Shown here: positions 44,559 through 56,172 of the stretch, piece after piece
Numbering within the stretch: position 1 is the stretch's first letter
How the letters are laid out: every line of letters begins with the position of its first letter
Source of the DNA: Escherichia coli
Lineage (GTDB): Bacteria > Pseudomonadota > Gammaproteobacteria > Enterobacterales > Enterobacteriaceae
Reading direction: 5' to 3' (one strand)
NCBI RefSeq assembly: GCF_030384885.1
Contig: NZ_CP128613.1
DNA: 64,000 nucleotides
Translations under genes and position numbers: made by a program
The notes under the pieces: generated by a model
Told to the model about the DNA's origin: nothing
The model's database searches: none
What the model saw: the letters and a program-made list of their open reading frames with translations, nothing else

Positions 44559-47500
44559 TTACGCTTTTTTAAAGCGGGCAAAGAGATGTTCCACTACAAC
44601 GAAAAAGACTGGAACGAAGTAAATGGCCAGCACTGTTGCGGCAAACATCCCGCCCATCACGCCGGTACCTACCGCGTTTTGCGCGCCGGAACCGGCACCA
44701 TGACTGATTACCAGCGGCAGCACGCCGAGAATAAAGGCCAGAGAGGTCATCAGGATTGGGCGTAAACGCATTCGCGCCGCTTCGATGATCGCCTCTATCG
44801 GCGTTTTCCCTTCTTTCTGCATCATCTCAACGGCAAATTCGACGATCAGGATGGCGTTCTTGGCGGAAAGCCCGATGGTAGTCAGCAAACCAACCTGGAA
44901 GTAGACGTCATTACTTAAGCCGCGCAGATCGGTGGCCAGTAATGCGCCAACGACGCCTAACGGTACAACCAACATCACCGAGAACGGAATTGACCAGCTC
45001 TCATAAAGTGCGGCAAGGGCGAGGAACACCACGACCAGTGAAATGGCATACAGCGCGGGAGCCTGATTTGAGGATAACGCTTCCTGATACGACAGTCCGG
45101 TCCATGAGTAGCCGACGCCTGCCGGAAGTTTAGCGACCAGGTCTGCCATAAATTTCATGGCGTCACCGGTACTTTTCCCGGCCGCCGCTTCACCTAAAAT
45201 CTCCATTGACGGGATGCCGTTGTAGCGTTCCAGTCGCGGTGAACCATAGGTCCATTCGGTAGACGAATAGGCCGAAAGCGGTGCCATCGTGCCAGAGGCG
45301 TTGCGTACATACCACTGGTTGATGTTATCCGGCAACATACGGAACGGCGTGCCTGCCTGGACATACACTTTTTTCACCCGCCCCTGGTTGAGGAAGTCGT
45401 TCACGTAGCTGCTGCCGAAGGCGGTGGAAATTGTCTGGTTGATATCAGACAGCGCCACACCCATTGCCTCGGCTTTCGCGGCGTTGACGTTCACTTTGAA
45501 CATCGGCGTATCTTCCAGTCCGTTCGGGCGTACCCCGGTGACCTGATTCGGTGATTGCGCTGCCAGTGATAATAGCTCGTTTCGCGCCTGGGTCAGTTTT
45601 TCGTGCCCCAGGTTACCGTTGTCCAGCAGTTCCATATCAAAACCTGACGCGGTACCCAGTTCAGCCACCGCGGGTAAGTTGAACGGGAAGACGACGGCTT
45701 TATTGATACTGCTTAACGCAATCATTGCCCGCTGAATGATCGCGGTAACCGAGTTTTCCTCACCGACACGTTCAGACCACGGTTTGAGGCTGATAAACGC
45801 CAGACCGTTGTTTTGCCCCTGGCCACTGAAGCCAAAGCCGCCAACGGTAAACACCGACTGAACATTATCTTTCTCTTTTGTCAGATAATAATCAGTCACC
45901 TGTTGCAGCACTTTCGTGGTGTTAACCATGGTTGCACCGGAAGGTAACTGCGCGGTGGTCATAAATACCCCCTGATCCTCTTCTGGTAAGAAAGAGGTCG
46001 GCGTACGCAGGAACAGCACCGCCATCCCGGCGCAAATCAGCAGGTAGACCACCATGTAGCGACCGGTACAACGCAACAGCGAGCGGGTGCTGTCGGTATA
46101 GTGATGAGTCGATTTTTCAAACAGCGTGTTGAAGCGTGCGAACAGGGCGTTAGGTTTGTGACCGCCTTCCGGCGCGGCTTTCAGAATGGTGGCGCACAGG
46201 GCAGGGGTCAGGCTCATTGCCACAAATACTGAAAGCAGCATGGAGGAGATCAGCGTGATGGAGAACTGTCGGTAGATCTCCCCGGTTGCACCGCTCATAA
46301 AGGCCATCGGCATAAACACTGCGGAAAGAACAACGGCAATCCCGACCAGCGCACGTTGGATCTGCCCCATCGATTTATGCGTCGCTTCCTTCGGCGGTAG
46401 TTTATCTTCCGCAATGACACGCTCGACGTTCTCCACCACCACGATGGCGTCATCCACCAGTAACCCTATCGCCAGCACCATCCCGAACATAGTTAACGTG
46501 TTGATGGTGAAACCGACCGCCGACAAGATCGCAAACGTCCCGAGAATAACCACCGGTACGGCAATCGTCGGGATGATTGTGGCGCGGAAATTCTGCAAAA
46601 ACAGATACATGACCAGGAAGACGAGGATGATAGCCTCAACCAGCGTTTTGAAAACTTCCTGAATAGAAATTTTGATAAACGGTGTGGTGTCGTAAGGATA
46701 AACCGTCTTCAGGCTTGTGGGGAAATAAGCCGATAAACGGTTCAGCTCCTCTTTCACCGCTCGCGAGGTATCCAGGGCGTTTGCTCCGGTAGCCAGTTTG
46801 ATGGCGATCCCGGCAGCAGGTTTGCCGTTATAGCGCGCCACGGTGGAATAATCTTCCGCCCCAAGTTCGACGCGGGCGACATCACGCAGCAGTACTTGCG
46901 AACCATCTTGCTGAACTTTCAACAGGATTTTGCCAAATTCTTCCGGCGTTTGCAGACGCGTCTGCACAATGATCGAGGCGTTCAGTTGCTGGTCTGCCGC
47001 CTGTGGCATGCCACCCAGTTGACCACCGGAAATCTGGTTGTTTTGCACCTTAATCTGGGAAATAACATCGGAAGGTACCAGGTTATATTTATTGAGTTTT
47101 TGCGGGTCCAGCCAGATACGCATGGCGTACTCGGAACCAAAGAGTTGTACGCTACCAACGCCCGCGGTACGGCTTAGCGGGTCTTTGATATTAGACGCTA
47201 CATAGTCCGCGATATCGTACTGGTTGAGACTGCCGTTATCAGAAATGAACGCCGCTACCATCAGGATATTACTGCTCGACTTATCGACGCTAATACCCTG
47301 CTGCTGCACCGCTTCAGGTAATGAAGGCATAGCGAGTTGCAGTTTATTTTGCACCTGAACCTGCGCGATATCAGGCGATGTCCCCGTCTCAAAGGTCAGA
47401 GTGATGGAGGCATTACCCGCCGCATCGCTGGTTGAAGACATGTACATCAGGCCATCAAGCCCATTCATATTTTGCTCAATCACCTGAGTGACCGAGTCTT

Positions 47501-47672
47501 CTACCGTTTGCGCATCGGCACCCGGATAGGTTGCGCTGACGGTAATGGTTGGTGGCGCAATCTGCGGATATTGCGCAACCGGTAAGTTCATGATCGCCAG
47601 ACCACCTGCAAGCATCATAATAATGGCAAGTACCCAGGCAAAAACCGGGCGATCAATAAAATAGTTAGCCAT
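44559..47672 (-). CDS. mdtF: RND multidrug efflux pump MdtF (1037 aa)
   Basis: ORF track; AcrB-like RND transporter. Confidence 0.95.
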   Translation of the reverse strand: MANYFIDRPVFAWVLAIIMMLAGGLAIMNLPVAQYPQIAPPTITVSATYPGADAQTVEDSVTQVIEQNMNGLDGLMYMSSTSDAAGNASITLTFETGTSPDIAQVQVQNKLQLAMPSLPEAVQQQGISVDKSSSNILMVAAFISDNGSLNQYDIADYVASNIKDPLSRTAGVGSVQLFGSEYAMRIWLDPQKLNKYNLVPSDVISQIKVQNNQISGGQLGGMPQAADQQLNASIIVQTRLQTPEEFGKILLKVQQDGSQVLLRDVARVELGAEDYSTVARYNGKPAAGIAIKLATGANALDTSRAVKEELNRLSAYFPTSLKTVYPYDTTPFIKISIQEVFKTLVEAIILVFLVMYLFLQNFRATIIPTIAVPVVILGTFAILSAVGFTINTLTMFGMVLAIGLLVDDAIVVVENVERVIAEDKLPPKEATHKSMGQIQRALVGIAVVLSAVFMPMAFMSGATGEIYRQFSITLISSMLLSVFVAMSLTPALCATILKAAPEGGHKPNALFARFNTLFEKSTHHYTDSTRSLLRCTGRYMVVYLLICAGMAVLFLRTPTSFLPEEDQGVFMTTAQLPSGATMVNTTKVLQQVTDYYLTKEKDNVQSVFTVGGFGFSGQGQNNGLAFISLKPWSERVGEENSVTAIIQRAMIALSSINKAVVFPFNLPAVAELGTASGFDMELLDNGNLGHEKLTQARNELLSLAAQSPNQVTGVRPNGLEDTPMFKVNVNAAKAEAMGVALSDINQTISTAFGSSYVNDFLNQGRVKKVYVQAGTPFRMLPDNINQWYVRNASGTMAPLSAYSSTEWTYGSPRLERYNGIPSMEILGEAAAGKSTGDAMKFMADLVAKLPAGVGYSWTGLSYQEALSSNQAPALYAISLVVVFLALAALYESWSIPFSVMLVVPLGVVGALLATDLRGLSNDVYFQVGLLTTIGLSAKNAILIVEFAVEMMQKEGKTPIEAIIEAARMRLRPILMTSLAFILGVLPLVISHGAGSGAQNAVGTGVMGGMFAATVLAIYFVPVFFVVVEHLFARFKKA

Positions 47673-47696
47673 GAAAGTCCCCTTAAGCCTGCAACG

Positions 47697-48854
47697 TTAT
47701 TGTTTCGATTCGGTGCTGGCGTTTTCCTGGCTGGAGGAAATTGCACGTGCTTTGATACCCGGACGAATGCGTTGCAACCCGGAAACGATCACCCGATCGC
47801 CAGCCTGCAAGCCAGAGGTGACAACCCACTGGTCGCCGATGGCTTTGCTGGCTTCAATTTCGCGTAGCTGCACAACATCGTCTTTATCCAGAATGAGCGC
47901 CGTTGCTTTACCCTGCGCGTTGTGGGTGACGCCTTCCTGCGGCACCAGTAATACATTCTGGCGGCTACCTTCATCCACTAATGCCGTGACATACATACCT
48001 GGCAGCAAGTCACCATTTGGGTTGGGGAAAATCGCCCGTAACGTCACGGAGCCCGTGGTTTCATCCACCGTCGGGTCGGAGAATTTCAGCGTGCCGGTCT
48101 GGCTGTAACGTTTACCATTTTCCAGATTGAGCTGTACTGGCGTACTGCCCTGAACCTGTTTGATTTGTCCACTGGCGACCTCTTCTTTCATGCGCAAAAA
48201 ATCCTGCACCGACTGCGTGAGATCGACATAAATCGGGTCCAGACGTTGTACGGTAACCAGCGAATCTGCCTGATTAGCGGTAACGAGTGCGCCGACGGTC
48301 ACCGACGATTTCCCGCTGACGCCCGTAATCGGCGAGGTGACATTTGCGTATTGCAGGTTGATAGTCGCCTGTTCAACAGCCGCTTTGGCGACGGTGACAT
48401 TGGCTTCTGCTTCATTCAGCTGGGTGCGCGCGGTGTCGTAATCCTGACGGCTAACGTAGTTGGTCTTCAGCAATGATGCCTGGCGGTTGAAGGTGATGCG
48501 GGCATTGCTGGCGGTAGAGAGCGCTTTCGCCAGCGTGCCTTTGGCGGAGTTTAGATCGGCCTGTAAAGGCGCAGGATCAATCTGATACAGCGAATCGCCC
48601 TGGTTCACTTTATCGCCTTCGATAAAGTTGCGTTTAATGATAATACCGCCCACCTGGGGGCGTATCTCGGCAACTTCATAAGGAACGGTTCTACCGGGCA
48701 ATTCGCTCAACACATTGACCGAACCGGGGGAGAGTGTGACGACACCGACCTCAGGCGTCATGGCGGCGGCGTTTTCCGTCGATTTGTCATCGCAGGCGGT
48801 GAGCATCGTGCCGCAGAATAACAACGGTATTAACAGTTTTCTTCTTCTGTTCAT
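47697..48854 (-). CDS. mdtE: RND efflux membrane fusion protein MdtE (385 aa)
   Basis: ORF track; lipoprotein signal (LTAC) and MFP fold sequence. Confidence 0.95.
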   Translation of the reverse strand: MNRRRKLLIPLLFCGTMLTACDDKSTENAAAMTPEVGVVTLSPGSVNVLSELPGRTVPYEVAEIRPQVGGIIIKRNFIEGDKVNQGDSLYQIDPAPLQADLNSAKGTLAKALSTASNARITFNRQASLLKTNYVSRQDYDTARTQLNEAEANVTVAKAAVEQATINLQYANVTSPITGVSGKSSVTVGALVTANQADSLVTVQRLDPIYVDLTQSVQDFLRMKEEVASGQIKQVQGSTPVQLNLENGKRYSQTGTLKFSDPTVDETTGSVTLRAIFPNPNGDLLPGMYVTALVDEGSRQNVLLVPQEGVTHNAQGKATALILDKDDVVQLREIEASKAIGDQWVVTSGLQAGDRVIVSGLQRIRPGIKARAISSSQENASTESKQ

Positions 48855-49192
48855 TTTAGTCCCTGAAAATTCTTGAGATATAACGGTTCTTTAAATTGCG
48901 CGCGAGGAGAGGTATGAGGGATTTACAGACCAGCGGCATAGTGGGGTTGTCAGCCAGTAAGATGGGATGCAAGCACAGTGATCGACATGGTGAGGTCAAC
49001 GACAAAAAAAATGTTGCCGTTCTGCCAACAGTTCCTGCCAGCATTCGGGCAACGAAGGGTTCTACTGGTGGATACACATACCAGGGGAATAAAGTCGTTT
49101 TCGCCTCTCCTTTAGTCATCACCGGGGATAATGAAATCAGCATCTGCATCCCTCTTCATGCCTGCCATCATTTTCAGTTAATTATGTCCTGA

Positions 49193-49720
49193 CTAAAAAT
49201 AAGATGTGATACCCAGGGTGACGATGTCGCTCATACGTCTTAGTTTCAGCTTGTACATAATGTTGAATTTCTGAATCTTTAATGTTTGTTGCGAAATATT
49301 GAGCGTTGACGTGATATTGCTTTCGTTTTTGTTTTTCAGAATCAGCTGCATAATTTTGAACTGATTATGTGAAAAACATAATTGTGAATTCTTATGGGGC
49401 AAGTGTTTACCATAAGTAATCTCAAGAAGATTTTTGATACTTTCTTTGCGGCTGACAAAATAAATAGGCGCTTTAGCTTTTAGTTTACTGATGTGATAAG
49501 GTGCCAAAACAATAATTCTCTCGGCGTCTAATTTCTCCAGAAATTTAATCGCTTCTTCATCAAGGATATGGTTGTGATAGGTATCAATGATAACCTTGAA
49601 GGGTTTATTACCTACTTTTTTGATCTCTGACAGGGAATTGATTTTTATCATTTCGTGATTATCTTTCAACTGCCAAAAGCCCTGTAAAAGAAAAGAATCT
49701 TTCGTCATGAGAAAAATCAT
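49193..49720 (-). CDS. gadE: LuxR-family acid-resistance master regulator GadE (175 aa)
   Basis: ATG at 49720 (MIFLMTKDSFLLQGFW...) with ggag RBS, inside track ORF 49193..49798. Confidence 0.9.
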   Translation of the reverse strand: MIFLMTKDSFLLQGFWQLKDNHEMIKINSLSEIKKVGNKPFKVIIDTYHNHILDEEAIKFLEKLDAERIIVLAPYHISKLKAKAPIYFVSRKESIKNLLEITYGKHLPHKNSQLCFSHNQFKIMQLILKNKNESNITSTLNISQQTLKIQKFNIMYKLKLRRMSDIVTLGITSYF

Positions 49721-50518
49721 AACTTGCTCCTTAGCCGTTATCGTTTCGAACATGTCATCCTTTTCATTATTTACATCCCTGTCCGAATCGTTGTTCAATA
49801 TAGTAAACGCCTATAAGAACCTTGCCCTTCGTGAACTAATACGTCTATTAACACTAATCAATAATTCAGATTTATCCATCACGCACTCCATATATTGATC
49901 CTAAGTAAAATTCCTGGTTGTTATCAGATTGTAAACTGCAAACAAAAAATTAACGTTTGCGGATTACTGCCCAAGAATAAGTTATCAATAACCAGTTTGT
50001 GATCTCTGAAGAATATTACTAAAGTTAAAATGTAATCCGATTTAAATATCGAGTCTCCTTGTTTCGACTTAAGCTGGCAATTGGATTGCCAGCTTTCTTT
50101 TAACGCATTGAAATTACCTGAGTAAATAACTCATTCATGTCTTCAGGTTATTATATAGCGTCTGGAGACACGGATATTTATGCAATGTAATCAACGCCAA
50201 TTGCAAAAAAATGAACCCGGATTACTTATTTAACCGCCCATAGCATCAACGCCTACGGAACTCTTTGTTCACTTTCCCACAGCACTTTTAAAACATTAAA
50301 CCTGACTACGGAAAATATCAGCCATGATAATGTTTGAAATGGCTAATTTGCCATGCAATGAAAAAAATCAGATAAAATTCAGTAGGTTGAAATACTTATC
50401 AGCAGGTAATTATTTCAATGATAGCGCGCAATTGATCTAAAATGCTGTGTAGCGGAGAGAGTATTAATTGGATCATAGTCACATCAAGTGACTATGATCC
50501 AGGTGGCAATAGGGATAA
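49721..50518 (-). promoter_or_regulatory. Long AT-rich gadE upstream control region
   Basis: ~800 bp non-coding AT-rich tract between hdeD 3' end and gadE start; established knowledge that gadE has an extended multi-promoter regulatory region. Confidence 0.6.
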
Positions 50519-51091
50519 TTATTGCTTTTTAACAAACAAACTGGCGAAGCTGAACAGGCTAGCGGCGCTAAATATCAGTTCAATTCCCACTAGTGTGGAA
50601 ACCAGCGTTACAGAAACCATCGGCGTTGCGCCAAGGAATATCCAGGCAATGACGATATCCAGCACACCAATAACGAGCTGTAGCCAACTGCCTTTCATTG
50701 AACGCTGACGATACCAACTCATCAGACGAATAACTCCTGCCACACAGAACAAACCGGCAATAAATGCCGCAATGGCAAAAATGCCCAGCTCCGGTGCGCG
50801 GATGAAGAAATAGCCGATCAATAAATAGGCGATTGCGACGAGGAAACCGGATAATACAGGCCAGAAATTATGACTGCGGTTGCTGAATAACCCGACAATA
50901 AGCGCAATACCTGAGCAGATTAATAATGCACCCACTACTGTGCTTAAAATGTCGCCAGAGACGAACGGGAAACTGATACACAGCAACCCGACGATAAACA
51001 GCAGCACGGCAATAAACTGGATTGCTCTACGGTGCTTTTTAAGCATCTCCAGATCAAACTTCAAAATTGTTGCCTTATCTATATATAACAT
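50519..51091 (-). CDS. hdeD: Acid-resistance membrane protein HdeD (190 aa)
   Basis: ORF track; multi-TM. Confidence 0.9.
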   Translation of the reverse strand: MLYIDKATILKFDLEMLKKHRRAIQFIAVLLFIVGLLCISFPFVSGDILSTVVGALLICSGIALIVGLFSNRSHNFWPVLSGFLVAIAYLLIGYFFIRAPELGIFAIAAFIAGLFCVAGVIRLMSWYRQRSMKGSWLQLVIGVLDIVIAWIFLGATPMVSVTLVSTLVGIELIFSAASLFSFASLFVKKQ

Positions 51092-51345
51092 ATAACCACC
51101 CTATAAAATTAAGAAGAAAATCCCCTGCTATCAATCTATGCCAAAAACGCGTCTAAGAATGCAGTCGATTTAATAAAAATTTCCTAATTACAGTATCTGA
51201 TGCATCTGTAACTCATTGTATTGAAATAAAAATATCTGATTTTGATATTTTCCATCAACATGACATATACAGAAAACCAGGTTATAACCTCAGTGTCGAA
51301 ATTAATTCGTGACGGCTCTTTCACTTTATAGTTGAGGATATTACG

Positions 51346-51678
51346 ATGAAAAAAGTATTAGGCGTTATTCTTGGTGGTCTGCTTCTTCTGCCAGTGGTGA
51401 GCAATGCAGCGGATGCACAAAAAGCAGCTGATAACAAAAAACCGGTCAACACCTGGACCTGTGAAGATTTTCTGGCTGTGGACGAATCCTTCCAGCCAAC
51501 TGCAGTTGGTTTTGCTGAAGCACTGAACAATAAAGATAAACCAGAAGATGCGGTTTTAGATGTTCAGGGTATTGCAACCGTAACCCCAGCGATCGTTCAG
51601 GCTTGTACTCAGGATAAACAAGCCAACTTTAAAGATAAAGTTAAAAGCGAATGGGACAAAGTTAAGAAAGATATGTAA
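51346..51678 (+). CDS. hdeA: Periplasmic acid stress chaperone HdeA (110 aa)
   Basis: ORF track; signal peptide; aggata RBS. Confidence 0.95.
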   Translation: MKKVLGVILGGLLLLPVVSNAADAQKAADNKKPVNTWTCEDFLAVDESFQPTAVGFAEALNNKDKPEDAVLDVQGIATVTPAIVQACTQDKQANFKDKVKSEWDKVKKDM

Positions 51679-51793
51679 TTCCGGGAATACGTTACATCGT
51701 ACTTCCTTGCATATTGAACAGGTAGGAATACCTTCTTCAAAAGCAGCTATTCCTTCTGTTCATATTTAATCTCTATATTGAATGGGTTACAAA

Positions 51794-52120
51794 ATGAATA
51801 TTTCATCTCTCCGTAAAGCGTTTATTTTTATGGGCGCTGTAGCGGCTTTGTCACTGGTGAACGCACAATCTGCGCTGGCAGCCAATGAATCCGCTAAAGA
51901 TATGACTTGCCAGGAATTTATTGATCTGAATCCAAAAGCAATGACACCGGTTGCGTGGTGGATGCTGCATGAAGAAACAGTTTATAAAGGTGGTGATACT
52001 GTTACTTTAAATGAAACCGATCTTACTCAAATTCCTAAAGTGATCGAATACTGCAAAAAAAATCCGCAGAAAAATTTGTATACTTTCAAAAATCAAGCAT
52101 CTAATGACTTGCCGAATTAA
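51794..52120 (+). CDS. hdeB: Periplasmic acid stress chaperone HdeB (108 aa)
   Basis: ATG at 51794 (MNISSLRKAFIFMGAVAALSLVNA...) within track ORF 51782..52120. Confidence 0.9.
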   Translation: MNISSLRKAFIFMGAVAALSLVNAQSALAANESAKDMTCQEFIDLNPKAMTPVAWWMLHEETVYKGGDTVTLNETDLTQIPKVIEYCKKNPQKNLYTFKNQASNDLPN

Positions 52121-52183
52121 TGGGGCACAAGTAAAAAGGAGTAGCAAGTTGAGCCATCTTGCTGCTCCTTTTTGCATTTTTAT

Positions 52184-52831
52184 ATGACAGCAGAATTTAT
52201 TATACGTCTTATACTCGCAGCAATTGCCTGTGGCGCTATTGGCATGGAAAGGCAAATGCGCGGCAAAGGAGCAGGGTTACGCACACATGTATTAATTGGC
52301 ATGGGAAGCGCCCTGTTTATGATTGTTTCGAAATATGGTTTTGCTGACGTGCTGTCTTTAGATCACGTCGGACTGGACCCCAGCCGTATTGCTGCTCAGG
52401 TGGTGACGGGCGTCGGGTTTATCGGTGCAGGTAACATTCTCGTTCGTAACCAAAATATTGTGGGTCTGACGACGGCAGCCGATATCTGGGTGACTGCGGC
52501 TATTGGTATGGTGATTGGCAGCGGTATGTATGAGCTGGGCATTTATGGTTCAGTAATGACCTTGCTGGTGCTGGAAGTCTTCCATCAATTAACCTTCCGC
52601 CTGATGAATAAAAATTACCATTTACAGCTGACATTAGTGAACGGTAATACGGTATCAATGCTCGACTGGTTTAAGCAGCAAAAAATAAAAACGGATTTAG
52701 TTTCGTTGCAGGAAAATGAAGATCATGAAGTGGTCGCCATTGATATCCAGCTTCATGCCACGACGTCGATAGAAGATCTGTTGCGATTATTAAAAGGTAT
52801 GGCAGGGGTGAAAGGCGTTTCAATTAGCTAA
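52184..52831 (+). CDS. yhiD: MgtC-family inner membrane protein YhiD (215 aa)
   Basis: ATG at 52184 (MTAEFIIRLILAAIACGAIGMERQ...) - MgtC/SapB signature. Confidence 0.9.
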   Translation: MTAEFIIRLILAAIACGAIGMERQMRGKGAGLRTHVLIGMGSALFMIVSKYGFADVLSLDHVGLDPSRIAAQVVTGVGFIGAGNILVRNQNIVGLTTAADIWVTAAIGMVIGSGMYELGIYGSVMTLLVLEVFHQLTFRLMNKNYHLQLTLVNGNTVSMLDWFKQQKIKTDLVSLQENEDHEVVAIDIQLHATTSIEDLLRLLKGMAGVKGVSIS

Positions 52832-52873
52832 TCTGTGTGGTAGCGAAATCACACTCGCCACCCTACTGGAAAT

Positions 52874-53404
52874 TCACACCAGATAATCAATATGCTGATG
52901 GCGTACCAACTCATTGATCCGCTTAAGATTGAGGATCATCATGATATTGTGTTTATGGCAGTAGAACGTTTTTAGCGATATTTTCAGTTTCTCCAGAATA
53001 TCTTCCGTTGTCATTTGATTCGCAATACAGCTTAGAACCTGATGCTGCTTGCGCGAAAGGGACACATCCGCTTCAGGCACAGAGCAGTAACTGCCATTGA
53101 TGAGTGCGACAAAGTCGATGATGGTGATAGTTCGCGGAACAAAGGTCACCGGTACTTTCCCCAGGCAGCGTTTAATATTAAAGGGAGAGAAAATAATCAC
53201 ATGGACAGGTTTTAATCGTTCAATCTGAGTGAGCAAATTAGAATGAAATACATTATTCATTAATGTATCAATAATGACGAAGGCATGCTGATGCAACATT
53301 ACGTCGATCTCTTCTTCGTTCTGTATATGAACGACATTACCTTTGCTCAGAATGTTTTTCATCGCAGTGAAGAACATCGTATCCCTGGTAATTATAAGAA
53401 ACAT
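52874..53404 (-). CDS. dctR: LuxR-family regulator DctR/YhiF (176 aa)
   Basis: ORF track; C-terminal LuxR HTH. Confidence 0.9.
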   Translation of the reverse strand: MFLIITRDTMFFTAMKNILSKGNVVHIQNEEEIDVMLHQHAFVIIDTLMNNVFHSNLLTQIERLKPVHVIIFSPFNIKRCLGKVPVTFVPRTITIIDFVALINGSYCSVPEADVSLSRKQHQVLSCIANQMTTEDILEKLKISLKTFYCHKHNIMMILNLKRINELVRHQHIDYLV

Positions 53405-53556
53405 AACCGACTCCTGGTGCGGACATTAACTTTATAATCAGTTTGCCAAAGGTAATTAACAGGACAGGGCTTATAATAATAGTTAGCTGGCTGTGTATTA
53501 ATTTGATGCAATGCATGATGCAGATGCTGAGAAAGCATCTGCATCTCTCGGTGGTG

Positions 53557-54123
53557 TTATTTGACCAGCTCAGGTGTTACTTGACTCACCGCATTGGTGT
53601 AGTAAGGCGCGCCCCAGCCCGGTTCCGGCCAGAATGCACCATAGCCGTAATCCCACAGGTTATAGGTGGTATTAACCACTTCTCTCAAATGCCACACCTG
53701 GATGCCCTGCATATTCACTTCCAGGAAGTTATACGGGACTTTATTGATAAAGCCAGGTTGTTCACCCTGAATGGTACCGAGGATGGTAACAAAGTGATTA
53801 CGATAGTTCACTGGATCAAGGAAGCCGCTTTGTCTGGCGAGCAGTCGGCCCTGATAGTTGGCTTCAATATCAGGCTTCGCATAGCTATCCAACGGTAATA
53901 CAGCGATTTCTAACAACGTATCCGTTTTGCCATTGATAACGTTGATAACCTTCCCGCCAAAGCGCGCTTGTTGACCAACATATAACCCCGGCTGGTTATG
54001 AACAGCAACAAAACTTTTTTGAATATCAGGTTGGTTATTGCCTTTGATATTTTGCGGAATTGAACTACATGCGGCAAGCAAAAATGAAAGGCTGAGGATG
54101 AGTGCACCTTTTGTCATGTTCAT
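53557..54123 (-). CDS. slp: Outer-membrane starvation lipoprotein Slp (188 aa)
   Basis: ATG at 54123 (MNMTKGALILSLSFLLAACSS lipobox) inside track ORF 53557..54342. Confidence 0.9.
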   Translation of the reverse strand: MNMTKGALILSLSFLLAACSSIPQNIKGNNQPDIQKSFVAVHNQPGLYVGQQARFGGKVINVINGKTDTLLEIAVLPLDSYAKPDIEANYQGRLLARQSGFLDPVNYRNHFVTILGTIQGEQPGFINKVPYNFLEVNMQGIQVWHLREVVNTTYNLWDYGYGAFWPEPGWGAPYYTNAVSQVTPELVK

Positions 54124-54368
54124 GTTACTATCCTTATCAACAAATATTAAAACCATAATAGATATTTCTTTATAGTTTTCATCTGATTCTGAGGCGATAT
54201 GCCTGATAGTAACGTAAACCTGTCTGATGTTTATATCCATTCTGTTTAGTTTAATTCTGTTAATTTTGGGGCGTGACATGAGTATCCATCGCCCCATAAA
54301 ATAGCCTTTTTTTAAAGGTACATAAAATCTATTTTTATTCAATGCTTATAAAGCGCTAATGTTCAATA

Positions 54369-55592
54369 TTATGGGATTATATTCTGGTAATGATTTGATA
54401 AGCGAATTCTTTTGCCAGTTGATATTTCTATTTCCACCCCATAATTTATAGTTTTTTCATCAGGTAGCGATCTCTTTAAATAAGGTGCGTATGACATTTT
54501 TTTAGGATGAAACGTATCGTGTTGAAATATTTCGAATTGATATTCAGACATTTGTGCCCATGTTTGAATTTTATTGTATCGGGAGAGTGTCGTAAAGGCT
54601 TTAACTTGCTTATAACATTGTTTTTGGAATTCTTGCTGATATTTTAATATGTCGTTGTATGAAAGATTGGTTATCCTGGCCTCTAAAAACTTAATTATCG
54701 TCGAAGCAACTTCAGCTTTTGCTCGTAAAAAGTTGTCATTAATGGTTAATAATGTTGAAAATAAACCTTCAATTTGTTTGTCAAGATATTGTTCATCTTT
54801 ATATAATTTATGGGTAGGGTGTTCCTTATGTGAAAAAATAGTGTCACATAAATTTGCGTCAGTGAAATTTATATTAAGTAGATCTTCGAAATAAAACCTT
54901 GACAAGGTTAGAACGAACCCGGACAGGTTCTGTCCTGTCATATTGAAATCAATAAAGTTGGTTCCGGCAAAGACTTTCATTCTGTTTTTATTTTCACTGT
55001 GCTCAATATATAACTTCGTCATTTTTTGATACAGGCTTTGAATATCTTTTATATTAGTTGGTAAGTCAGCTCGTTGTTCAGCAATAAAATTAGTATCTGA
55101 AAACATGGTTTGGACACTGAATGTTATGGGTATTCCCTCTTCTACGCTAATTTTAGTTATGATTGCCTTGTCGGGTTTAGGATTAGCGACAACAATGATT
55201 CGACATTCAGCACTTTTGTTCTTTTCGTATCTAATGTTATTAATCTGATTAAGTATTGATTGTGTCTGTTGCGTAAGTGGTGTCGAACTTATCGTTTCAA
55301 TGTTATTAATAAGTTTTACAAGTTGAGCCACAACTTTTGAGTAGTCTGCATTTGTATATGTGGTGTTCGTGTGGCACGCATTAATTTGTTGGAGTTGTTG
55401 TTGCGCTAAATCAAATTGTTCAGCGTTATATCCTTCTTCAGACAATGAAAAATTAATGGGTTGCTGTTCTTCCTGATTATCACAAGGCCACATCGGTGTG
55501 TTTGGTGTTTTAATATTGTCGGTATCTGTTGTGCGGTTATAAATATCGCCGTGATATGTATTTATCATACCTGGGGTAAAGTCAATTGACAT
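54369..55592 (-). CDS. yhiS: YhiS-like protein, intact (407 aa), pentapeptide-repeat-like central region
   Basis: ORF track; AT-rich; position between slp and ars region corresponds to yhiS, which in K-12 is split by IS5; no IS seen here. Confidence 0.7.
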   Translation of the reverse strand: MSIDFTPGMINTYHGDIYNRTTDTDNIKTPNTPMWPCDNQEEQQPINFSLSEEGYNAEQFDLAQQQLQQINACHTNTTYTNADYSKVVAQLVKLINNIETISSTPLTQQTQSILNQINNIRYEKNKSAECRIIVVANPKPDKAIITKISVEEGIPITFSVQTMFSDTNFIAEQRADLPTNIKDIQSLYQKMTKLYIEHSENKNRMKVFAGTNFIDFNMTGQNLSGFVLTLSRFYFEDLLNINFTDANLCDTIFSHKEHPTHKLYKDEQYLDKQIEGLFSTLLTINDNFLRAKAEVASTIIKFLEARITNLSYNDILKYQQEFQKQCYKQVKAFTTLSRYNKIQTWAQMSEYQFEIFQHDTFHPKKMSYAPYLKRSLPDEKTINYGVEIEISTGKRIRLSNHYQNIIP

Positions 55593-56172
55593 AACATTCC
55601 TTATTGTTCATCTATTTCGCTAAATTTTTGCAAATCGGAGAATTAGAACAGGAATGGATTTTCTTCTACGCGGAAATAAACACAATGCGTCATATCTTCC
55701 TGATATAATTACCTTTAACTTCCCTTTCATTTCCACCCGGTAATATTTGTGTATAAAAAAAGGGCAGTGATAGTATCGTAAAGGAAAACATTAACAACTA
55801 TCAAAAAGCGCTCATTTTAAAAAGTTATGATGTTCTCCGATAGTGTGTGAAGTGATATTTTTGTGATGTTTTAGATGTGTAATAATGAACCAGGTTAAAG
55901 TGTATTTAAAAATGTGTTGTATTGGCGACTGAAATCTGCCCTTTAAAAGGGGGGATAGCACTGAGACAAAGAGGCATTGCTTCTCCGATAAAATGTCAGA
56001 GAAGCATGATTGCGTGGTGATTGTCGATTGATGACTTACTGACGGATCCGTCATCATTCTCAAAGCATTAGTTAAGTTATTTGTGATTTTTAAGGATTAT
56101 CCTATCTATGATTTTCTACTCAGAAGGATAAGGCACTCACAATGCTCCTTATAGTTTACTGCTGGCATCTAT

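Noticed and set aside
55812-56063. 83-aa ORF in the yhiS-permease intergenic region
   Set aside because: No RBS and low-complexity sequence in an AT-rich spacer; insufficient evidence for a gene.
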